Source: Terriglobia bacterium (GTDB lineage: Bacteria > Acidobacteriota > Terriglobia > 20CM-2-55-15). From it: 64,000 bases of DNA. The position numbers and the translations under genes are program-made. A model generated the notes under the pieces. It was not told the DNA's origin, did not search any database, and saw only the letters and a list, made by a program, of their open reading frames with translations. How positions within the stretch are numbered: position 1 is the stretch's first letter; each line of letters opens with the position of its first letter. Positions 57,230 to 64,000 of the stretch are shown here, in pieces. Where the stretch lies: the NCBI GenBank assembly GCA_965218085.1, contig CBDCKF010000002.1:3336288-3400287 (forward strand). Reading direction: 5' to 3'.

Positions 57230-59794
57230 TTACCGTTGTGAGTTAGTGGTCGGTGGACTGAAAGCGAAAACCCATCCATCTCTGACGTAATTGAGTTCCG
57301 AGACCGTACCACTCTCCGAGACTGCGAATACTCGAACCTCTGTGAGGTCCCGGTCGCCGAACCTCGCCAATGGTAGCTCAAAACGAAAGCCCGGTGTCAA
57401 TGAAGCCCATTCTTCGAAATCCGCTGCTACGTCCGGACGTTCCGTTCGAGGCGTTCCAGAATGGACCAGCTCTTGGTTCTGAAAAACTAGGACTGTAGCT
57501 CCCTCGGGTTGTGTAGCGTCCACCGCCCATCCGCTGATTGATACTGTTTCGCTCTCTTCGTTCAAGTCCATTCTCACGTATCCGAATGCGTCACGTGGAA
57601 CAATTGGTACGAATCTGCCGTCCGACGATATTAGTGTTTCGTCTGTTTCTTCGGTTGAGCTGATTAAGGAGTAGTAGATGCGGGTTTGCTGGGAGAGACG
57701 CTCAAGGCGCGGTTCTCCGCTGACTTCTACCACAAAGAAAACTTCCACTTCGTTGCTCCCCGTTTGAAACGCTGTTTCGGGCACCAACGCCGAAAAGTCC
57801 TGCAAACTGTCAAACTGTGGCGTTATCTGTGTTACCGATTGCACTCTGTCGTTCACAGCGACGGCCAGATGGAGCGAAGGATAGGTGTTCCGTCCGGCTG
57901 AAATGTGCCCTGTAATATTAGTGAGGAGAAACGGAGAATCGAAACTGACATTCTCAAAAAAAGGCTCGCCCTCAAGCTCTACGTCGATACCCGTCTCGGC
58001 AACGCCGATGTCATCAACGTTCTGCCCTAGCAGGCCAGCATAAGCACGCTCAGCGAACAACGAATCCCAAGATCCCGAACCAAAAAGGTTCAGCTTTCTT
58101 CTGAGGCTTTCATCTTGTGAACCGGACCCCGGATCAACTACGAATTTTTGCGTCCTTCCAGCGAGAATAGTTTTGTTTGGCCTTTCCGGGAAAGATTGAT
58201 CGAGCGCTGAACGGCCGTCGGTTTCCCAGGGTATTGCTATCTCTAGAGCGTCGGCTATTGTCGGTAGAATGTCGATCGTCTCCACATTGCGATCGCTGAC
58301 GATCCCTTCGTCTTGGTAGGGTGTCTTAAGAAATAGAGGAATCCACATGACCACCGAATAGTTCGTCTCGCTGACCCTCCTGGCGAAGTCGTTGGTTTGG
58401 AAGCTGGCTCCATGATCAGCAGTGATGACAATCAGGGATTGATCATAAAGGTCGATAGCCTTCAGTTTATCAATCATGTTTCCCACCAGCGCGTCAACAA
58501 AACCGGTCTGAAGAAGGTGGCGCCGGTAAGCGTGAACCGCCAGCGATTCGTCATCGCCCCATGCAGCAAACATTCCGTAACCGCTTTCGGCGCGGGTTAG
58601 GCCTGGGGTCAACGCCGGTATCAGCGAATATTGTCTACCGCTGGGTAAGTACTGCCATGGGGTGTGAGGCAGCATCGTGTGCAGGAAATAAAGAGTCGGT
58701 CTGTCGTAATTTTGAATCGAGTCGACGAATTCCTGAAACCGGCCCGCGCGACGGTCACTGTCATATAGAAAGTCATCTAGCGTTTGAAAGTCATTCGAAT
58801 TTTCGTTTATCTCTGTTGGTTCCGGGATGATGGATCCGAAGTTATTCCAGGATTGATCCACTGCAGGCAGAGCGGAAGTTAAATCCGAAGGGAAGAGCAC
58901 GTGAGCGTACACGATAGCCAGGTCAGTTAACAAACTGCTCAGCCGCTGCGAACCCGTTTGTTCGACTGTCGCATTCGGAGAAAGTTGAGTGCCGTTTTCA
59001 AGTACTTCAAGACGATAGCTGCCGCCCAACAGGGTGAAAAGAGTGTCAGGATAGTCAGCCAACAGGGGTAGGCGCGGCTCCTGCAGTTGCGGAGACAGAC
59101 CGCTCACTATAGCGGGCACGGACAATAGCGTGGAATCGCTGACGGTTGTCGTATTGCGAAACCAGTAAGACTCTTCGGCAAAACGAGCAAGATTCGGGAA
59201 TCGAATCGGATCAATCTGTTGTTGCTCATCCATTAAGGAAGACAGCGGCAACTCATCCAAAACAACCATCACAACGGGAGCGGTAGCCTCGATCCTATTC
59301 AGTCGAATCTCGACCTGTTCAGGAAATACGATTCTGGAAATTCCCGGATTCAGAAGAAACGAGCCAGGAAATATCAGAATTACAGGTGAAAGGAACGTCA
59401 AGTAAGTGCGAACGATCTCAATTCGACGATAGGCCAGTGAACAAATAATGGCCAACAGGACTGCAGTAGTTACGAGCGCGACCCCCGGAACTGCAATTCT
59501 CTTCAGTAGCTGAAGAACGATTGTAGCCGTCAGGAGCCCAACCAAACCCTCGTGTGTACATTGGTAGAATCGAGGTCCCACCGCTCTGGCGGCACCTTCA
59601 AGAAAAACGAGCAGTGAGGGAAGACCCAGGCAGAGAATCAGAATCAGAAGGATCAAGTCCAGTGGCTCTGACTGTCTTGCTACAAAAAACTCAGCATAAC
59701 CAGAAAGCAAACTGAACAGAGGCTGGGCGAGGGCAAAACTAAATAGAACCAGGATGTGCAGGCTGCCAGTGACAAAAGATAATTTTCGAGGCAT
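57230..59794 (-). CDS. Membrane-anchored sulfatase/LtaS-family (alkaline-phosphatase superfamily) protein
   Basis: N-terminal multi-TM region followed by a sulfatase-fold domain (VVMVVLDELP, ITADHGASF). Confidence 0.75.
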   Translation of the reverse strand: MPRKLSFVTGSLHILVLFSFALAQPLFSLLSGYAEFFVARQSEPLDLILLILILCLGLPSLLVFLEGAARAVGPRFYQCTHEGLVGLLTATIVLQLLKRIAVPGVALVTTAVLLAIICSLAYRRIEIVRTYLTFLSPVILIFPGSFLLNPGISRIVFPEQVEIRLNRIEATAPVVMVVLDELPLSSLMDEQQQIDPIRFPNLARFAEESYWFRNTTTVSDSTLLSVPAIVSGLSPQLQEPRLPLLADYPDTLFTLLGGSYRLEVLENGTQLSPNATVEQTGSQRLSSLLTDLAIVYAHVLFPSDLTSALPAVDQSWNNFGSIIPEPTEINENSNDFQTLDDFLYDSDRRAGRFQEFVDSIQNYDRPTLYFLHTMLPHTPWQYLPSGRQYSLIPALTPGLTRAESGYGMFAAWGDDESLAVHAYRRHLLQTGFVDALVGNMIDKLKAIDLYDQSLIVITADHGASFQTNDFARRVSETNYSVVMWIPLFLKTPYQDEGIVSDRNVETIDILPTIADALEIAIPWETDGRSALDQSFPERPNKTILAGRTQKFVVDPGSGSQDESLRRKLNLFGSGSWDSLFAERAYAGLLGQNVDDIGVAETGIDVELEGEPFFENVSFDSPFLLTNITGHISAGRNTYPSLHLAVAVNDRVQSVTQITPQFDSLQDFSALVPETAFQTGSNEVEVFFVVEVSGEPRLERLSQQTRIYYSLISSTEETDETLISSDGRFVPIVPRDAFGYVRMDLNEESETVSISGWAVDATQPEGATVLVFQNQELVHSGTPRTERPDVAADFEEWASLTPGFRFELPLARFGDRDLTEVRVFAVSESGTVSELNYVRDGWVFAFSPPTTNSQR

Positions 59795-59839
59795 GTTTTG
59801 TAGGCGCTAGGTTTCCTGAGGAACCGCTGAGTTAGCTAG

Positions 59840-60651
59840 AGCGTGTTAACACTAATGAGCATGAATGTTTTATAATCACGCATGGAGATCACACAGGAGC
59901 AGTATTGTCGCATCGAGCCGGAACTGCCGCGTCAGCGGGGCAACGTCAGTCTTTCGAACCTGACGGTCTTGAACGCCATTTTGTATGTGGCTGAGCAGGG
60001 CTGCAAGTGGCGCGGTCTGCCCAAGCGCTTTGGCAACTGGCACACCATCTACACCCGGATGAACCGCTGGTCCAAGAACGGCGTGCTCGACGCCGTCTTC
60101 GAGAAACTCCAGCGCGAGCAACTGGTCCGCATCCGGGTCGAAGCCGTTTCGATGGACTCGACCATTGTGAAGGTTCATCCCGACGGCACGGGAGCGTTAA
60201 AAAAAACGGTCCGCAAGCGATCGGCAAATCCCGCGGTGGATGGACCACCAAGATTCATCTGGTTGCCGCGAATGCTCGAACGGCGATAACGTTTGCGCTC
60301 TCGCCCGGCCAAGCGCACGACGCCCCGCAGGGCCGCGAGCTGCTCGCCGGTCTGGGGCCACTACCCGAGCCGCTACCGCTGCTGATGGACCGTGCCTACC
60401 AGGACGACCAGACCCGCCAATTGGCTCTGGATTTTGGGTGGATTCCCGTCGTGCCGCCCAAGCGCAACCGCCTGGAGCCGTGGGAATACGACCGCGTGCT
60501 CTACCGCCGCAGGAACGAAGTCGAGAGGCTCTTCCGCCGACTCAAGGGTTTCCGGCGTATCTTCTCCCGTTTCGATAAACTCGACGTCATGTTCCTCGCC
60601 TTCCTTCACTTCGCTCTCATCGTCGAGGCACTACGTTAGTGTTAACACGCC
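59840..60651 (+). mobile_element. IS5-family (IS427-group) insertion sequence, 812 bp, CTAG on both flanks
   Basis: Inverted repeats AGCGTGTTAACACTAA / TTAGTGTTAACACGCC. CTAG at 59836-59839 and 60652-60655. Two overlapping ORFs joined at an A8 run. Confidence 0.75.
59882..60639 (+). CDS. IS5-family transposase produced by -1 frameshift at A8 (60199-60206); orfA 59882..60289, orfB 60007..60639
   Basis: orfA ends ...HPDGTGALKK and orfB continues NGPQAIGKSRGGWTTKIHL, reconstituting the conserved DGTG..KGGPQAIGRSRGG..TKIH motif of the IS427 group. Confidence 0.8.
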
Positions 60652-60691
60652 CTAGTTGCGAATTACACCGCAGGTCCATTTCGTATACCGT

Positions 60692-61504
60692 TCACACTTG
60701 TGGCTTGCGCGAAAACTCTACCAGCAAACGCCCGGTCGATGAACTCGGTTCCGTCCGTTCGACGGACGCAAGCTTTCTAAGCTCTCCAAGAAAAGTTTCG
60801 AGTGTGTAATTTGGAAATATATCCTCCCGGAACCGAAGTAATTCCTGGACCATGGGATCCTCTTTGGGCACGAATTCGATTACGCCTCTGGATCCGAGTC
60901 CGACCAGCCAGGCGACCGCATCGCCAAGAGGTACGTTGCCTCCGATAGATATGTGATGGATCAGAGCCAGGGCGATCACGCCGTCCGCACTGGTGCGTTC
61001 CCGGAGTCCATACCGTTCCTGTTGCGCCCATCCCTGAGAGGGCGGAGGATTCGCGATATCGAGAAAAAGTGGAAGAAATCGTAGCCGTTCCTCTTGGGAA
61101 CGGCGGAAAGCCAAATCCAGAGCGCCGTGATCCGCATCGAACCCGACGACATATTCTGCTCCGGCTTTAAGCGCGACTACTGCGTAGTCGCCACTATTGC
61201 AGCCCAGGTCCCAGACCTGTGAGAGTTTTCCGCGTCGGACGAATTCGTTTACGAAGTCTTGCTTGTGTGCTTCTTCTTGTGGCGCATAGCTGTTTGATTT
61301 TGCGTAGTCGCTCCATACGGTGTGTCCGGCAGTTTTAGGTTCGAGTCCCATAATCCAATCCCGGAGGTCAGTGAGTGTTTTTCTGAATGTCGCCAGGGGG
61401 AGTCCCACTTCCTGCAAGGCTCCAAGATTCGGGCCGGATCCTCTACGCGCGGTTTTTTGAAGTGAATCCTGGAGCGTGACGTGTGTGAGAACCCTCCGAG
61501 ACAT
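60692..61504 (-). CDS. Class I SAM-dependent methyltransferase
   Basis: Motif I VWDLGCNSGDYAV and an acidic motif II (VVGFDAD) of the Rossmann-fold methyltransferases. Confidence 0.65.
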   Translation of the reverse strand: MSRRVLTHVTLQDSLQKTARRGSGPNLGALQEVGLPLATFRKTLTDLRDWIMGLEPKTAGHTVWSDYAKSNSYAPQEEAHKQDFVNEFVRRGKLSQVWDLGCNSGDYAVVALKAGAEYVVGFDADHGALDLAFRRSQEERLRFLPLFLDIANPPPSQGWAQQERYGLRERTSADGVIALALIHHISIGGNVPLGDAVAWLVGLGSRGVIEFVPKEDPMVQELLRFREDIFPNYTLETFLGELRKLASVERTEPSSSTGRLLVEFSRKPQV

Positions 61505-61597
61505 CTTACGCCGCGTGGGCAGTAATTTCCGGATTTCGCCGGCGTTTATGCCTTCCTGGTTTCCTCGATACCAGGCGTTATGGTGCAGTCCAACGTA

Positions 61598-63111
61598 GGA
61601 CCCTAGCAGCCCGTGGCAGAAGTGAGATTCTCTGACACAGTCGTAACGTCGGATTCGATAGCCACGTTGGGCTCGATATCCAGCTGACGGAGTTCATGAT
61701 GCGTTTGAAGCGCCATCTGGACGCAGAAGAGCACGATTTGAGCGGCAAAGTATGCCGCAGACCGGTCCTGCAGGCTCCGTGGCGTGCCCTGCCCGAACTT
61801 CTGGCGCAGGATCAACGCCAGGTTCAAGGCCGCGTAGTGAACCAGGATCCGTTTCAGGATATTTTCCCGTCCTCGAAGGTGAACCCGTCGCATGCCGCCG
61901 GTTTCCAGACCGTGAGCGAAGGGTCGTTCCAGCATCATGCCGCGATGCCGCAACAACTCCTTGCCGCGTTCTCCACGGATTCGACGGCGATTGGCATAGA
62001 CAGCCTGTTGTTCGTCCGGCTTGTTCTTCCAGCGGCGACGGCCCCGATCCGGTTCCGAGATGTAGGTGCGTATCCCCAATTCGCGAAGATCGACCATCGT
62101 TTCGTTGCTGTGATATCCCTTATCGGCGACGACTTCAGAAAACCAATCTTCTCGAATCTGCGCTTCGGTTTTCGGGTTGCTTGCCAGCTTCTCCATGTTC
62201 TCGGCCGTGCGGATCAACGTCTCTTTGATTGTCGTCGTATCCCCGGTGGCAGCACCCTGAACCGTCACCCCCAGCACGACGCCGGTCTTCATATCCACAG
62301 CGTGTTCCAGCTTGTGAGCCAAATGCGTGCGGCCGTCTTTCATCTTGGTGATCTGCGCATCCGCGTTGTCGGGATGCACCCAGTCGTCGTTCGATCCCTT
62401 CTTCGGCCGTTTCCGGTCCAGTCGCGCCAGTTCGGCTCGTGTCGGCGTTTCAATGCCCGAAGCGTGGGCCAACTCCTTCAGAAAGTCCTCATAACTGTTC
62501 CTGGTGTCTCGCCGCACGATCGACCGCATTGCCGCGTTCGCTTCCAGCGTCGTCGCGTCCACGCCAACCGTCTTCCCGTCGATCAACCCGTGCCCGGCCA
62601 GCCGCTCCAGCATCCAGTGGAACACCTGGGCATGGGTTTCCAGATCGATCAGCCGGCGTGTCCGCGACACGCTGGAATGATCCGGGGTACCATCGGTCAG
62701 CCCAATGCCCAGAAACTCCCGCAGGCTCAGCGAGTCGGCACACCGCCAGGCGATGCCGCGTTCCGAGTCAATCCCTTCGAAGTAGCCGACCAGCAGCATC
62801 CGAAAGTACACACCCGGCACGACACCGGGCCGACCCATCACCGGGGCGTAGAACTTCTGGCAGGCTTCTTCAACAAACGGGTCGAATCCGTCTTCTTCCA
62901 GAATCCGGTTCACCCGTTCGTAGAACACGTGTCCTTTGGTCCGCGGCAACTCCTGTGTCGCGATCCACAGCGATTCCTGGCGTCGTCTCTTTCGTCCCAT
63001 GCCCATATCCCGTCCTCCTTCACTCATCATTCTTCGCGATACGGTCGCATCGGGTCCGTTTGAATCTGTGAAGTGGACTTTAACCACGGGCTGCTAGGAG
63101 AATAGGATTGA
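61598..63111 (-). mobile_element. IS1182/IS5-like insertion sequence (~1.5 kb) with termini CTAGCAGCCCGTGG / CCACGGGCTGCTAG
   Basis: Perfect 14-bp inverted termini beginning with CTAG. Single transposase ORF. The left terminal ~22 bp also match the ends of repeat copy D. Confidence 0.65.
61603..63087 (-). CDS. Transposase, IS5/IS1182-family-like (DUF772-type N-terminus + DDE); exact start uncertain
   Basis: LWIATQELPRTKGHVFYERVNRILEEDGFD...GRPGVVPGVYFRMLLVGYFEGIDSER N-terminal block. C-terminal DDE region. Confidence 0.7.
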   Translation of the reverse strand: MVKVHFTDSNGPDATVSRRMMSEGGRDMGMGRKRRRQESLWIATQELPRTKGHVFYERVNRILEEDGFDPFVEEACQKFYAPVMGRPGVVPGVYFRMLLVGYFEGIDSERGIAWRCADSLSLREFLGIGLTDGTPDHSSVSRTRRLIDLETHAQVFHWMLERLAGHGLIDGKTVGVDATTLEANAAMRSIVRRDTRNSYEDFLKELAHASGIETPTRAELARLDRKRPKKGSNDDWVHPDNADAQITKMKDGRTHLAHKLEHAVDMKTGVVLGVTVQGAATGDTTTIKETLIRTAENMEKLASNPKTEAQIREDWFSEVVADKGYHSNETMVDLRELGIRTYISEPDRGRRRWKNKPDEQQAVYANRRRIRGERGKELLRHRGMMLERPFAHGLETGGMRRVHLRGRENILKRILVHYAALNLALILRQKFGQGTPRSLQDRSAAYFAAQIVLFCVQMALQTHHELRQLDIEPNVAIESDVTTVSENLTSATGC

Positions 63112-63300
63112 GAAACTGGTCGCAGAACTGTTTATAACCAGCCCAAAGGGAGCCCGGTTTGTATCTCCGCAAGGAGAGCGTGTCGATGAAAATCGGCGAT
63201 GCACCTATGAACTGCACGTTGTATGCAGAGGCATCGACTAGCGTAATGCCGTCTTTCATGGCATCTAGATGGAAGTCGAGATGGAATAATGGGTAGTGGG

Positions 63301-64000
63301 TCAGTTTGAATCCAGTAGGCCCACAATTTCCTCGATATTCCAGACGTGGTCAGTGATCCCGGCCTCAATCGCCGGGGTGACGCGGAGCGTCTGATGGACG
63401 CGGGCGAAGTTGTAATACATAAAGTATAGAGCCACCATCGCCGCGTGGTTCTCCAGCTTTTTGGAGAAGCCATTGGTGAGCCGTGTGAATCGCCGCATCG
63501 ACATTCGCATCGTGAGATTGGCACGCTCCACGTAGCTCGTTGAAACGTGCTTTGGGTCTGGATTTCCACTGATCTTCTTCATGTCACAGCCGATGCACTT
63601 CGCGGGGCTGTATCGCGTCTTAGGCGCTTCGGGGTCGGCCCCGTAGAGCTTCCGCCACATCGCGTAGTCAATCTCGTCCTGAAAGGCGCTCTCGACGGCT
63701 TCGATGTAGACCCTGTTTCCGTCCGTCGTGAGTTGAATCCGTCCGGCTAGCCGCTCGGCCACGTCGTGCATAAAGTCGTACGCCGTGTTAAGTGAGCGAG
63801 CCCCGAGACGGAACGAGATCATCAGCTTCGTGTCGGCGTCCAGGGCCGTCCACGTCCAGCAGTCACCCCACCCATGCGCCTTCTTCTCGATGCTAGTGTT
63901 CTTCTCCTTAGAGCCGACGAACGACCAGATCTCGTCGCACTGGACGCGCCGTGCCCGGATGTTGCGGATGTGCTCGTCCTGGTACTTCGAGCAGGCCGCG
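63301..64000 (-). CDS. IS1-family-like transposase, C-terminal part (the frame stays open past the window end)
   Basis: TTDGNRVYIEAV...SYVERANLTMRMSMRRFTRLTNGFSKKLENH follows the IS1 InsB pattern (TDGWPLY...RIERHNLNLRQHLARL..FSKS.E.H). Upstream in frame, QCDEIWSFVGSKEKN matches CAEMDEQWGYVGAKS. Confidence 0.55.
   Translation of the reverse strand, partial: AACSKYQDEHIRNIRARRVQCDEIWSFVGSKEKNTSIEKKAHGWGDCWTWTALDADTKLMISFRLGARSLNTAYDFMHDVAERLAGRIQLTTDGNRVYIEAVESAFQDEIDYAMWRKLYGADPEAPKTRYSPAKCIGCDMKKISGNPDPKHVSTSYVERANLTMRMSMRRFTRLTNGFSKKLENHAAMVALYFMYYNFARVHQTLRVTPAIEAGITDHVWNIEEIVGLLDSN

Noticed and set aside
1-64000. CRISPR array, rRNA or tRNA genes
   Set aside because: No regularly spaced short direct repeats, and no rRNA or tRNA-like sequences were noticed on either strand.

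Overview
GC-rich (~60%) bacterial chromosomal window, dense with mobile DNA and apparently accessory. Backbone genes run left to right: xseA (3' part), a ttcA-like PP-loop ATPase, a block of secreted/catabolic hydrolases (class II aldolase-like, alpha/beta hydrolase, gamma-glutamyltranspeptidase, amidohydrolase, two amidase-signature enzymes, creatininase-family, FAD oxidoreductase), an MFS transporter split by an IS, rhodanese and persulfide-dioxygenase/rhodanese genes, an OmpA-like protein, a CBS protein next to a TLC (ATP/ADP-translocase-like) carrier, L-lactate permease, siroheme synthase, a ThrC-like/MoaD-like pair behind a structured leader, a TPR histidine kinase, a second TLC carrier fused to HEAT repeats followed by a cNMP-binding protein, histidine kinase and response regulator, Na/Pi cotransporter with PhoU-like partner, a sulfite reductase and a tauE-cysH-cysD-cysN sulfate assimilation block, a group II intron reverse transcriptase/maturase, and an LtaS/sulfatase-family membrane enzyme. 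Mobile elements are two divergent IS1380-family copies, an IS256-family element carrying a nested IS4-family insertion, an IS5 (IS427-group) element with an A8 frameshift site, an IS1182/IS5-like element, a partial IS1-like transposase at the window edge, and four copies of a ~275-340 bp structured repeat with terminal inverted repeats (MITE-like). Almost every mobile element is bounded by CTAG. The observations I rank highest are the structured repeat family (compensatory base changes preserve its stems between copies), a promoter plus tandem-repeat plus intrinsic-terminator leader in front of the ThrC-like/MoaD-like operon, modular repeats shared by the promoter regions of the hydrolase genes, the nested IS256/IS4 insertion 44 bp upstream of the TLC-HEAT signalling cluster, and a small cassette bounded by 27-bp direct repeats next to the group II intron. 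No CRISPR array, rRNA or tRNA was seen. Family assignments rest on motif recognition by eye; no database searches were run.
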